In this document: positions 27,573-36,799 of the stretch, piece after piece | How positions within the stretch are numbered: the first letter of the stretch is position 1 | Layout: the number at the start of each line of letters is the position of its first letter | Assembly (NCBI GenBank): GCA_045863235.1 | Contig: BTUM01000058.1 | Coordinates: forward strand, 1 to 49,703 | Reading direction: 5' to 3' | DNA: 49,703 nucleotides | From: Candidatus Xenobia bacterium | Lineage (GTDB): Bacteria; Vulcanimicrobiota; Xenobia; Xenobiales; QWHO01 | Program-made: the position numbers and the translations under genes | Notes under the pieces: model-generated | Database searches by the model: none | What the model saw: only the letters and a program-made list of their open reading frames with translations | Told to the model about the DNA's origin: nothing

Positions 27573-28604
27573 TTGCGCGTCAGTCGCTCGTCCGTGCGCC
27601 TCTTTACCATGCACTTTTCGGTGCTGCTCGGTGCCGGACTGGGGATCGCTCGCTCTCTCCAGGTGCTGCGTGAGGATCCCGACAAGAAGATGGCCGAGGT
27701 CATCGCCTCCGTCAACCGGCGGGTGGACAGCGGCCACACGTTGAGCTCGGCCATGGCCGCCCACCCTCAAGTCTTTGCGCCGATGTACGTCAGCCTGGTG
27801 CGGGTGGCCGAGCTGACCGGCGGGATCACGCGGGCCTTCGACCGGCTGGCCCAGAACCTCGAGCGCCAGAGCAACCTGCGCCAGCGACTGACCAGCGCTC
27901 TGGTCTACCCCTGCTTTGTGCTGATCACCACGCTGGGGATGACCTTCTTTCTGCTCTACTTTCTGTTGCCAATGTTCTTGAAGACCTTTGCCGAATCGGG
28001 CGCCAAGCTGCCCTGGCTGACTCAGGCCCTGGTGACCGTGGCTGGAAATCGAGCCCTGATCGTGATCGTTCCGGCCGTTCTCGCGGCGCTGGCCGCTGGC
28101 CTCTGGCTCTACGCCCGGCGCAGCGAGCGCCGGGAGCGTCTGCAGCAGTGGCTCTATCGCATTCCCGTGCTGGGCCGCTTTCTGTATCTGATGGCTCTGG
28201 CCCAGATGACCGAAAGCCTGGCGCTGCTGCTCGAAAACGGCGTCGACCTGATGCGCTCGCTGGATTGCCTGCGCCAGAGCCCCAGTGGCTGGATCCCCCT
28301 GGACCGGGCCGTGTGCGAACTGCAGGAGCGCGTCTTCGAGGGGGAGGAGCTGAGCGAGGCCATGCACTCGACGCGGGCCTTTCCCACCCTGCTCATCAAC
28401 CTGGTGGCCGCGGGCGAGTCGGTGGGCACCCTCCACCCCTGGTTCGCCCGCTATTCCCGGCTGATCGAAGAAGAGCTGCAAGAAACCGTGGACGGGCTGG
28501 TGGCCATCCTCGAGCCGCTCATGCTGATGTTCCTGGGGGGCGGGGTGGGAATTGTTGTGCTCGCCTGTTTCCTGCCGACCTACCAGTTGATGACCGCCCT
28601 GTGA
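27573..28604 (+). CDS. pilC: Type II secretion F / PilC platform protein
   Basis: LFTMHFSVLLGAG, GHTLSSAM, VRVAELTG, SALVYP, AGESVG, ILEPLML. Confidence 0.9.
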   Translation: MRVSRSSVRLFTMHFSVLLGAGLGIARSLQVLREDPDKKMAEVIASVNRRVDSGHTLSSAMAAHPQVFAPMYVSLVRVAELTGGITRAFDRLAQNLERQSNLRQRLTSALVYPCFVLITTLGMTFFLLYFLLPMFLKTFAESGAKLPWLTQALVTVAGNRALIVIVPAVLAALAAGLWLYARRSERRERLQQWLYRIPVLGRFLYLMALAQMTESLALLLENGVDLMRSLDCLRQSPSGWIPLDRAVCELQERVFEGEELSEAMHSTRAFPTLLINLVAAGESVGTLHPWFARYSRLIEEELQETVDGLVAILEPLMLMFLGGGVGIVVLACFLPTYQLMTAL

Positions 28605-28605
28605 A

Positions 28606-28710
28606 TCACGACTGAGACTCCATGGCCTTCTCGGCCCCGGCCCGATCTCCAACTACGATCAGGACGTCGCCCGACTTGACCATCTCCCCGGGGCCCGGAG
28701 AGACCAGCAC
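28606..28710 (-). pseudogene. 3' remnant of a KtrA/TrkA (RCK-C) gene
   Basis: Own translation of the minus strand: VLVSPGPGEMVKSGDVLIVVGDRAGAEKAMESQS*, matching the TrkA-C pattern P......GD.L.V.G. Confidence 0.7.
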
Positions 28711-29141
28711 CAGAGGAAAAGGGCCCCAACTGCCTCACAGGCCAGCACGAAAACGGCGATCCTGCCGGCCAGACTGCCCACGTCCGACATGGTCAGGCCC
28801 GGCACCTGGGCCGCCAGGCTCACTCGACCGCGCAGCCCCAAGCGAGTTCCCATCAGGTAGAGGGCCCCGGTGGACCAGACCATGACTCCCAACCCGCCGG
28901 CCTGGAAAAGAAACAGCAACACCAGTTGCCCGAACGGCGAGAAGTGAGAGCCGGTGTCCACCACCGTCAGACCCGTGACGCAAACGGCAGAGGTGGCGGT
29001 GAAGACAGCCTCGGTGACCGTGAGGTCTTTGCCGGGGGCAAGGCTGACGGGCAACAGCAACAGTGCCGCACCGATCACGATCAAGAGCAAGAAACTCAAA
29101 GTCAGGGTGCGCGAGGGGCTGAGGGGTTTCTTGAGCCGCAA
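28659..29141 (-). pseudogene. 5' fragment of a KtrB/TrkH potassium uptake permease
   Basis: LTLSFLLLIVIGAALLLLP, AVFTATSAVCVTGLTVVDT, FGQLVLLFLFQAGGLG; similarity ends at about aa 144. Confidence 0.85.
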
Positions 29142-29143
29142 TT

Positions 29144-29560
29144 TCAGCTGCGCTTGAGTCGCTCGCGAGCCGCCCGGTCAAGGATCGGCTGGATCTGAGG
29201 AAAAGCATCGTAGACTCGGGGCAGAAACTCGCCCGGAACCACCAGCAAGAGCCCATCGGTCTTGGAGACGACCGTGGCCGTCCGCTCTCCGAACAGAAGG
29301 CCAATCTCCCCGAAAAACTCACCGGGTCGCATCTCCACCTTCAGGTCCTTGAGCTGGGCCTCGAACGTTCCCTCGACGATGAAAAAGAGCGCGTCACCCG
29401 CCGAGCCGCGCTTGATGACAGATTCTCCAGGGGTTGTCCGGCGCTGGTGGGCACAACACACAATGGCGTCGCGTGCCTCGAATGAGCCGCTGGCGAACTG
29501 CGGTACACGGCGGATCAGCTGCTGAAGCTCCAAGCCGGAGGGCAGAGCAGACTCACTCAT
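29144..29560 (-). CDS. Stand-alone cyclic nucleotide-binding domain protein
   Basis: PGESVIKRGSAGDALFFIVEG, GEFFGEIGLL...RTATV; alternative GTG start at 29566. Confidence 0.88.
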   Translation of the reverse strand: MSESALPSGLELQQLIRRVPQFASGSFEARDAIVCCAHQRRTTPGESVIKRGSAGDALFFIVEGTFEAQLKDLKVEMRPGEFFGEIGLLFGERTATVVSKTDGLLLVVPGEFLPRVYDAFPQIQPILDRAARERLKRS

Positions 29561-29566
29561 GGCCAC

Positions 29567-31102
29567 CTAGTTCGCCAGTCCCTTCGGGGCAGCCTGCGAC
29601 TCCAACCACACCTTCTGCTGCGGGAAGGGAATCTCGATCTCCTCGAGATCGAAGCGATTCTTGACTCGCCGATTGAGCTCTCGACGAACCTCCCACTGAG
29701 ACAGAGGACGAGTCTGCACAAGCATGCGCAGGACCACCCCCGAGGTCCCCAGTCGGTCGACTCCGAGCACCACCGGGGGCTCCAGGATGCGCTCCGGCCA
29801 TTCCTCCGAGAGCTTCGTCGCCTCCTCGCACAAGATCCCCAGGGCCCGGTCCAGGTTGGTGCGATAGGCCACCTCGACCTGGAAGTCCACCCGTGACCAG
29901 CGATTGGAATGGTTTTGCACGACACGCAACTCGCTGTTCGGAATGGTCACCAGTCGGCCGTCCACGGTGCGCACCCGGGTGCTGCGCATACTGAAGGCCT
30001 CCACCGTTCCGGTCAACGTTCCCCATTCGATGACGTCCCCGACCCCGAAACTGTCCTCGAGCAGGATGTTGACCCCGGCCACCACGTCCTTGAGCAGATC
30101 CTGGGTGGCAAAGCCGAGAGCCACCCCCACCAGTCCCGCCCCGGCCAGGATGGGGCGCAGGTCGATCTGAAGCAAGGTGAGATAAGTGAGCCCCCCGGCC
30201 AGAAACAAGAGGACCCTGGTCGTGAATTGGCAGGCCTGATCGAGGGTGCTCATGCGCTGGCCGAGACGGCTGAGGTGCAGGGGCTGTTGGGCCTGCTGCA
30301 AAGCCAGGAAGTAGCGGCGCAACATCATTCCGGTCAGGTTGACCGCCGCCCCTGTGATGATCACCACCAGCAACAGCAGAATGAAGGGCCACAGTACCCC
30401 TTCATAGAGCTTTTCAGCCAGCACCTGCGTTTGCGGGAACAATCGCAGACAGATCAGCAGGCTGACCGTCCAGAGCAGGAACTTGACCGACCAGAGCGGT
30501 CGCGGCGTGAAATGCCGAATGAGCCGATGGACCACCAGGGTCAGCACCAGGACGATCCCAACAACCGAAAGCGCAAACCAGCGATAAGCAGGTGTTTGCA
30601 TGACCGCCGAGCGCTCCAGCTCGTGCTGAAGCGCCTCGCGCCAGCGCTCAGCGAGCTCTCTCTCGAGCCGGTGGCGCTCGACTGGCTCGAGTCTGGCCAC
30701 ATCGAAGTCCTGCAGATCTTCCTTGAGCACTGTGATCAGGACCTGGTCCCCGGCCACCACCACCGTTGACCCCATGATCTCGTCCACCCGAACCGGCGGG
30801 ACCTCGTTGTTGTTGCGACGCAGCGCCTCGCGCAGCCGCTCCTGAACCTGGCGCACCCGCTCGCGAGCGGTCATACGCTCGGTGCCCGCCACGGAGAAAA
30901 GCGCCACGGTGTTCAAGCGCAACCACTGAACCCGCCTGGGGCCGAAAGGCCCCAGCGGGGAGGAGGGGGTGGGCGAGGCCAGCGGAGCATCCTGGCTGAT
31001 GGGCGTCGGAGTCGGCTCCTGGGCCGTGGCCCCGGCCACGAGCCAGCACAGCAGCGCCACGGCCACCAGAATGCGACCAGAGAGAGAGAAGAGTCCAGTC
31101 AT
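29567..31102 (-). CDS. MscS-family mechanosensitive channel with N-terminal extracytoplasmic domain
   Basis: Signal peptide; ILAGAGLVGVALGFATQDLLKD, GDVI, GTVE, RSTRVR, VTIPNS, IEIPFPQ. Confidence 0.93.
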   Translation of the reverse strand: MTGLFSLSGRILVAVALLCWLVAGATAQEPTPTPISQDAPLASPTPSSPLGPFGPRRVQWLRLNTVALFSVAGTERMTARERVRQVQERLREALRRNNNEVPPVRVDEIMGSTVVVAGDQVLITVLKEDLQDFDVARLEPVERHRLERELAERWREALQHELERSAVMQTPAYRWFALSVVGIVLVLTLVVHRLIRHFTPRPLWSVKFLLWTVSLLICLRLFPQTQVLAEKLYEGVLWPFILLLLVVIITGAAVNLTGMMLRRYFLALQQAQQPLHLSRLGQRMSTLDQACQFTTRVLLFLAGGLTYLTLLQIDLRPILAGAGLVGVALGFATQDLLKDVVAGVNILLEDSFGVGDVIEWGTLTGTVEAFSMRSTRVRTVDGRLVTIPNSELRVVQNHSNRWSRVDFQVEVAYRTNLDRALGILCEEATKLSEEWPERILEPPVVLGVDRLGTSGVVLRMLVQTRPLSQWEVRRELNRRVKNRFDLEEIEIPFPQQKVWLESQAAPKGLAN

Positions 31103-31142
31103 CGAGGGTTCAGTATACCAATCCGGGCAACCCCCTGGAGCG

Positions 31143-31170
31143 GGAACTTCCCTCCGGGTTCGCTCGTCTA
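31143..31170 (+). promoter_or_regulatory. Putative ECF (sigmaE-like) promoter upstream of the bat operon
   Basis: GGAACTT-N16-GTCTA, 36 nt before the ATG at 31207. Confidence 0.6.
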
Positions 31171-31206
31171 TTGCGATGAATTCACTTTCTGAGGTACATT
31201 CACCGG

Positions 31207-32097
31207 ATGAAACGCTTGCTCACTTTGCTCCTGGCCCTGGCTTTGCTGGGACCCGTCCTGGCCCAACAGGGCCCGGTGGTGCTGAAAGAAGAGGCTTCGG
31301 CCAGCAAACTGAAGCTGGGTGAGAGCCTGCGCCTGACCGTGCAGGTCACGGCCGACCCCGGTGTGGCCCTCAAGCTGCCCGCCGCCGACAGCTTCAGCTT
31401 CGAGCCCTGGGAAGTGCGCGACGCGGTGCTGACCGACGAACCCCCTCTGGGTGGCCAGAAACGCTGGAAGTACACCTTCCGGCTGGCCCCCTGGGAGATC
31501 GGCCAGCAGACCGTTCCTCCGCTCAAGCTCAGCTATCAGTTCGCGGGCCAGACTCGCGAGGCCAGCACGCGCCCGGTCGAGATCGCCGTGGCCGAGCCCG
31601 AGCCGGAGCCCAAAGGCGACATTCGCGACTTTGCCGGCCTTGATCCCCTGCCGGTGCCCCTCTGGGTCTACCTGCTGGTGGCTCTCTCCGGTCTGGTGAC
31701 CCTGGCCCTCTTCTGGCTGGGCGTCCGGGCCCTGCGCCGCGCGCTGACGGCCAAGAAGCCGGTCCCCGAGCTGGGCCCCACCGATTGGACCCTGCGCGAG
31801 CTCGGTCTGCTGAGCGATCTGCGCCAGATCGAGCAGTATGAGCGCTTCACCCAGGTGCTGCGCATCTGGCTGGCGCGCCGCCACCAGCTGCCGGTGCTCG
31901 AGCGCACCACCGGCGAGATTCTCACCGACCTGCGCGCTCGCTCCTTCCCGCCCGAGCTGATCCAGGTGGTCCGCGAGGTGCTGGAGGAGGGGGATCTGGT
32001 CAAATTTGCCCGCCAGGTGCCTCGAGACGCCGCCCTGCGGCTCGAGTCGGTGCGCCAGATGGTACAGGCCGGCAAGGAGGAGCAGCCCGATGCTTAG
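31207..32097 (+). CDS. Bat-operon membrane-anchored Ig-like protein (BatD-like/DUF4381-like)
   Basis: Signal peptide, beta-rich domain, DIRD, TM helix, ERTTGE, DLVKFA; position before batA. Confidence 0.75.
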   Translation: MKRLLTLLLALALLGPVLAQQGPVVLKEEASASKLKLGESLRLTVQVTADPGVALKLPAADSFSFEPWEVRDAVLTDEPPLGGQKRWKYTFRLAPWEIGQQTVPPLKLSYQFAGQTREASTRPVEIAVAEPEPEPKGDIRDFAGLDPLPVPLWVYLLVALSGLVTLALFWLGVRALRRALTAKKPVPELGPTDWTLRELGLLSDLRQIEQYERFTQVLRIWLARRHQLPVLERTTGEILTDLRARSFPPELIQVVREVLEEGDLVKFARQVPRDAALRLESVRQMVQAGKEEQPDA

Positions 32098-33073
32098 ACT
32101 GGCCTTTCCCTGGGCCCTGGCCCTCATCCCCCTGCTGCTTGCCCTGTGGTGGACGAGCATAAAGAGCAAGACCCAGCGACAGGCGGCGCTTGCTTACTCC
32201 GACCTTGGCCTGGTGCGCTGGTCGAAGGCCGTGCGCCCCACCTGGGAGAGCTGGCTCCCCTGGGGCCTGGTGGCTCTGGGCATGCTGAGCCTCTGCCTGG
32301 CCCTGGCCCGTCCCCAGGCGGGCAAGTCGCGCGAGGTGGTCAAGAGCTCGGGCGTCAACATCATGCTGTGCCTGGACACATCCACCAGCATGAAAGCGAT
32401 GGACCTGATGCCCAATCGCCTGGAAGCTGCCAAGGACCTGAGCGAGAAGTTCGTCCAGGAGCGACCCGGCGATCGGATCGGCGTGGTGCTCTTCGCCGGC
32501 ACCGCCTTCACCCAATGCCCCCTGACCCTGGACCACCAGGCCCTGAGCCAGCTCCTCTCGAGCGCCAACTTCGGGGTGACCGGAACCGACGGAACGGCCA
32601 TCGGCACGGCCCTGGCCACCAGCGTCAACCGGCTCAAGAACCTGCCCGGTAAGAGCAAGGTCATCGTGCTCCTGACGGACGGACGCTCCAACGCCGGCGA
32701 GATCGATCCTTTGACCGGCGCCAAGCTGGCCCAGCAGTTCGGAATCAAGATCTACACCATCGGGGTGGGAGCCACCGGAAACAGCATGCTGGCGCTGGAC
32801 CCCTCGATGGGCCTGCGCTCGGTGGGGAGCGACCTGGACGTGGAGAGCCTCACCCGCATCGCTCAGGCCACCGGGGGCCGCTTCTACCACGCCGCCGACA
32901 ACCGGGCCCTGGCCGACGTCTACGACGAGATCAACCGGCTGGAGAAGGTGGAGCAGACCTCCACCACCGTCACCGACTACAGCGAGCTGTACTTCTACCC
33001 GCTGGCTCTGGGCCTTTGCTTCGTGGGCCTGGGCAGCCTGCTGGAACGCACCATCCTGGAGGAGCTTCCCTGA
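32090..33073 (+). CDS. batA: VWA domain protein BatA
   Basis: FPWAL, LALARPQ, MIDAS DTSTSM, NRLEAAK, DRIG, PLTLD, GTAIG, LLTDG. Confidence 0.9.
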   Translation: MLRLAFPWALALIPLLLALWWTSIKSKTQRQAALAYSDLGLVRWSKAVRPTWESWLPWGLVALGMLSLCLALARPQAGKSREVVKSSGVNIMLCLDTSTSMKAMDLMPNRLEAAKDLSEKFVQERPGDRIGVVLFAGTAFTQCPLTLDHQALSQLLSSANFGVTGTDGTAIGTALATSVNRLKNLPGKSKVIVLLTDGRSNAGEIDPLTGAKLAQQFGIKIYTIGVGATGNSMLALDPSMGLRSVGSDLDVESLTRIAQATGGRFYHAADNRALADVYDEINRLEKVEQTSTTVTDYSELYFYPLALGLCFVGLGSLLERTILEELP

Positions 33074-34050
33074 TGCGCTTTGCCGATCCGCAACAACTGG
33101 CCTGGCTGGTCCTGTGGGCTTTGCTGGTGGGGCTGTTTGTCTGGCGCGAGGGTCGCAAGCGAGGCCTGCTACGCCGATTCGCCTCCCACCCGATGCTGGC
33201 CCGACTGGCCTCCGACTACTCCCCTGTCCGGGCCTATACCCGGCTCGTCCTGCTGACCCTGGCCGGAGCCCTCTTGATCGTGGCCCTGGCCCGCCCCCAG
33301 TGGGGCCTGAAGCTGGAGAAGGTGGAGCGGCACGGCCTGGAGGTGGTCATCGCCATGGACCTCTCGCGCAGCATGAACGCCACCGACTATCAGCCCGACC
33401 GCCTGGCCGTGGCCAAGCGCGAGCTGAGCGTGCTGATGAAGGAGCTGGCCGGCAACAAGCTGGGATTGGTGGGCTTCGCGGGCTCGGCCCTGACCTTCTG
33501 CCCGCTGACCATGGACGAGGGCGCCACGGGACTGTTCCTGGAGCAGATGAGCGAGAACATGATGCCGGTGCCCGGCACGGCCGTGGGCGACGCGGTGCGC
33601 GAATCGCTCAAGCTCTTCTCGCGTGAGCACCAGGGAGCCCGCGTGATCATCTTGCTCACGGACGGAGAGGATCAGGGCAGCGACCCCCTGGGCGCCGCCC
33701 GCGAGGCAGCCAAAGAAGGCGTGGAGATCTACGCGCTGGGCCTGGGCAACCCCGAGGGCGCGGTGCTGACCGGCGTGGCCAGCGAATCGGGAGCTCCCGT
33801 GGTCAGCAAGCTGGACGAGAAGACCCTGCAGGGGATGGCCGAGGCCACCGGGGGCAAGTACTTCCGGCTGGACGAGGGTGGCAACGGAACCCAGGAGCTC
33901 CTGGCCGCCCTGAGCCAGGTGGAGAAGAAGCGGATCGACAGCCAGATGTCGCGCCGCTACACCGAGCGCTTCCAGATCTTCCTGGGAATGGGGCTGGCCC
34001 TCTTGCTGGGCGAGCAGATGCTGCGCGGACGCCGCCGGAGGATGGCATGA
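33073..34050 (+). CDS. batB: VWA domain protein BatB
   Basis: MRFADP, ALARPQWG, DLSRSM, PLTMD, LLTDGED, VVSKLDEKTL, ERFQ. Confidence 0.9.
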   Translation: MRFADPQQLAWLVLWALLVGLFVWREGRKRGLLRRFASHPMLARLASDYSPVRAYTRLVLLTLAGALLIVALARPQWGLKLEKVERHGLEVVIAMDLSRSMNATDYQPDRLAVAKRELSVLMKELAGNKLGLVGFAGSALTFCPLTMDEGATGLFLEQMSENMMPVPGTAVGDAVRESLKLFSREHQGARVIILLTDGEDQGSDPLGAAREAAKEGVEIYALGLGNPEGAVLTGVASESGAPVVSKLDEKTLQGMAEATGGKYFRLDEGGNGTQELLAALSQVEKKRIDSQMSRRYTERFQIFLGMGLALLLGEQMLRGRRRRMA

Positions 34051-35027
34051 AACGACTTCTCTTGATGCTCTTGATGCTCTCGCAGGCGGCCTCGGCCAAC
34101 CCGATGTGGGAGCAGTGGAAGGCTGACCAGGCTTTCCGCCAGGGACGCTACAAGGAAGCCATCACCGGCTACCAGCGGGCCCTGAAACAGACGGATAGCC
34201 CGCGCCTTCGCTACAACCTGGCTCTGGCTCAGGTCAAAGCGGGCGACCTGAAGAACGCCCGCACCGGCTTTACCGAGGTGCTCGAGGGCGACGACCTGGC
34301 CCTGCGAGGCAAGGCGGCCTACAACCTGGGCAACATGGCCTACAAGGAAGAGAAGCTCGAAGAGGCGCTGGACTTCTACAAGAAGGCCCTGCGCTACGAC
34401 GAAACAGACGAGGACGCCCGCCACAACGCCTGGGTGGTGCTGCAGAAGCTCAAGCAAAAGCAGCAACAGAAGCAAAAACAGGACGACAAGTCTGAAAAGG
34501 ACCAGGATCAGAAAGACGAAAAGTCCGACCAGGACAAGAAGAACGATCAGTCCGGTCAGGACAAGAAGAACGACAAGTCGGGCCAGGACAAGAAGAACGA
34601 CAAGTCGGGCCAGGACAAAAAGGACGACAAATCCGGCCAGGGTGACCAGGACAAGAAGAACGATCAGTCCGGCAAGGACAAAAAGGACGACAAATCCGGC
34701 CAGGGCGACCAGGACAAGAAGAACGATCAGTCCGGCAAGGACAAGAAGGACGACAAATCCGGGCAGGGCGACCAGGACAAGAAGAACGACAAGTCCGGCC
34801 AGGGCGACCAGGAGAAGAAGGACGGTCAGGCCTCGCAGGGGGACAAGAAGGACCAGAAGGGCCCCCAGGACCAAGCCGGATCCCCCGAGGCGGCCGCCCG
34901 AGCCCGCAAGCAGGAGGCCGAGCAGCTGCTGCACTTCTTCGAGGAGAAGGAGAAGCAGGAAACGGGCCAGCGGGCGCGCGGCCGAGTGATGCGCACCATC
35001 CCCCAGACCGGAGGTCAGACATGGTGA
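34047..35027 (+). CDS. batC: TPR protein BatC with D/K/Q low-complexity tail
   Basis: YNLA, YNLGN, ALDFYKKAL, DARHN; acidic/basic repeats; terminal Trp. Confidence 0.85.
   Translation: MKRLLLMLLMLSQAASANPMWEQWKADQAFRQGRYKEAITGYQRALKQTDSPRLRYNLALAQVKAGDLKNARTGFTEVLEGDDLALRGKAAYNLGNMAYKEEKLEEALDFYKKALRYDETDEDARHNAWVVLQKLKQKQQQKQKQDDKSEKDQDQKDEKSDQDKKNDQSGQDKKNDKSGQDKKNDKSGQDKKDDKSGQGDQDKKNDQSGKDKKDDKSGQGDQDKKNDQSGKDKKDDKSGQGDQDKKNDKSGQGDQEKKDGQASQGDKKDQKGPQDQAGSPEAAARARKQEAEQLLHFFEEKEKQETGQRARGRVMRTIPQTGGQTW
34480..34860 (+). repeat. Coding tandem repeats in batC (27-bp and 36-bp units forming a 63-bp higher-order repeat)
   Basis: Recurring CAGGACAAGAAGAACGA(C/T).. encoding QDKKNDKSG / GDQDKKNDQSGKDKKDDKSGQ. 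Confidence 0.9.
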
Positions 35028-36799
35028 GAAAGACGATGCAGACGCTCGTGCTGCTGGCTTTGCTCGGCCTGGTGGCCGTGGCCCAGCCTCCCACCGTCCA
35101 GGCCAGCGTGGACAGCTACTCGGTGCACGAAGGGGAATCCATCAACCTGAAGGTCGAGGTTTCCGGAGCCAGTGGCGAGGTGGAGACCGAACTGCCTGAC
35201 ATGCCCGAGTTCGAGGTCTACCAGACCGGCAGCTTCTCGAGCACCTCGATCGTGAACGGCCTGGTCTCGGTGGGCGTGGCCCAGAACTACACCCTGGTGG
35301 CGAAGAAGGCCGGCCGCTACAAGATCGGCCCCATCTCGGTGGAGATCGCGGGCCAGCTCTATGAGGCCGATCCCATCGACGTGGAGATCCTTCCCGCTCG
35401 TCACGCATCCCCCGGCTCGGCGGGCATGCCCACCGCCACGCCCACGCCCGCTCCAGCCCACCCGACCCTGCTCGAGCCGGCCCCGGACGCGCTCGACGAC
35501 ACGCGCCCGGCCTTCATCACCGCCGAAGTGGACCGCAGCAGGCCCTACCTGAACCAGCAGATCACTTACATTCTCAAGCTCTACCTGTCGGCCGCTCCCA
35601 TCGGGCCGGTGGGCTACGAGCCCCCCGAGACCACCGGCTTCCTGGTCGAGGAGCTGCTACCCCGCTCGCGCACCTATGCCACCGAGGTGGACGGACGCCG
35701 CTACTACGTGGTCGAGGCCCGAACCGCCCTGTTCGCCACCAGCCCCGGCAAGCACGAGCTCAACCCGGCCCGGGTGCAGGTCACCCTGCAAGACAGCCTG
35801 GCTTCCGTGTTCCGCAACGATCCCTTCGCCTATCTGGCCCCGCCCAGGGACATGTCCCTGGAGACCGAGCCGGTGGCAGTGGACGTCCGCCCTCTCCCCG
35901 AGGAAGGCCGCCCGGCCAACTTCAGCGGCGCCGTGGGACAGTACTCCCTGACGGCCACGCTGGACAAGAGCAGCGTGGCGGCCGGACAGCCAGTGCACCT
36001 GGAGATGACCGTCAGCGGCCAGGGCAACGTCAATCTGATCGGGACCCCCGCCCTGCCCGAGCTGAAGAAGTTCCGCGTCTACGACACCCAGGCCACCTCC
36101 CAGGTGGAAAAGAAAGACTACGAGGTCACCGGCACCCGCGTCTTCAAGACCGTGCTGGTGCCCCTGGAGGAGGGTCGCCAGACCCTGACCGGGCTGCGCT
36201 TCTCGTTCTTCAACCCCGAGACCGAGCGCTACGAGACCATCGAAGCCCCCCCTCTCACCCTGGACGTGACCCCCGGCAAAGTAAGCCGTCGCGACCTGCC
36301 GGCCCCTGTCGAGGACAAGCTTGCCGGCCAGAAGACTTCTCTGGGGAGCAAGCCGCTCAAGCTCCAGGCCCCGGCCTGGCTGGGCTGGCTGCAGGCTCTG
36401 CCCCTGCTGGCCCTGGGAGCCGCCTTCGCCTGGCGCGCCTTCCGGCGCTGGCAAGAAGCCTCTTCGGGCGCCCGGCGTCAATCGCAGGCTCTGCGTCGGG
36501 CCAACCGGCAACTACGCCGTCTGCGCTCGCTGAGCCCCGAGGAAGGAGGCAAGGTGGTGCTGAGCGCCGTCCACCAGTTCTTCTCCGACCGGCTGGGGAC
36601 GATCACCGCCGGGCTCAGCCTGGACGAGCTCGACCGCCTGCTCTGCGAGCGGGGCCTGAGCCCGGAGCTTCGCCAGCGGCTGCGCGGTGAGCTGCAGGCT
36701 GCCGAGGAAGCGCGCTACGCGCCCACCCGCCAGAGCCTGGGCGAGCACGAGAAACCCCTCTGCCGCGTGCTGTTCGAGATCGAGGAGGCCCTGCGATGA
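35021..36799 (+). CDS. batD: BatD family protein
   Basis: Signal peptide, STSIVNG, PYLNQQITY, PANFSGAVGQY, GQGN, FSFFNP, TM helix, RYAP. Confidence 0.88.
   Translation: MVRKTMQTLVLLALLGLVAVAQPPTVQASVDSYSVHEGESINLKVEVSGASGEVETELPDMPEFEVYQTGSFSSTSIVNGLVSVGVAQNYTLVAKKAGRYKIGPISVEIAGQLYEADPIDVEILPARHASPGSAGMPTATPTPAPAHPTLLEPAPDALDDTRPAFITAEVDRSRPYLNQQITYILKLYLSAAPIGPVGYEPPETTGFLVEELLPRSRTYATEVDGRRYYVVEARTALFATSPGKHELNPARVQVTLQDSLASVFRNDPFAYLAPPRDMSLETEPVAVDVRPLPEEGRPANFSGAVGQYSLTATLDKSSVAAGQPVHLEMTVSGQGNVNLIGTPALPELKKFRVYDTQATSQVEKKDYEVTGTRVFKTVLVPLEEGRQTLTGLRFSFFNPETERYETIEAPPLTLDVTPGKVSRRDLPAPVEDKLAGQKTSLGSKPLKLQAPAWLGWLQALPLLALGAAFAWRAFRRWQEASSGARRQSQALRRANRQLRRLRSLSPEEGGKVVLSAVHQFFSDRLGTITAGLSLDELDRLLCERGLSPELRQRLRGELQAAEEARYAPTRQSLGEHEKPLCRVLFEIEEALR

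Noticed and set aside
24076..31206. The 7-kb interruption of the bat locus as a single mobile element
   Set aside because: No integrase, transposase, att-like direct repeats or tRNA; content is mixed and mostly host-like
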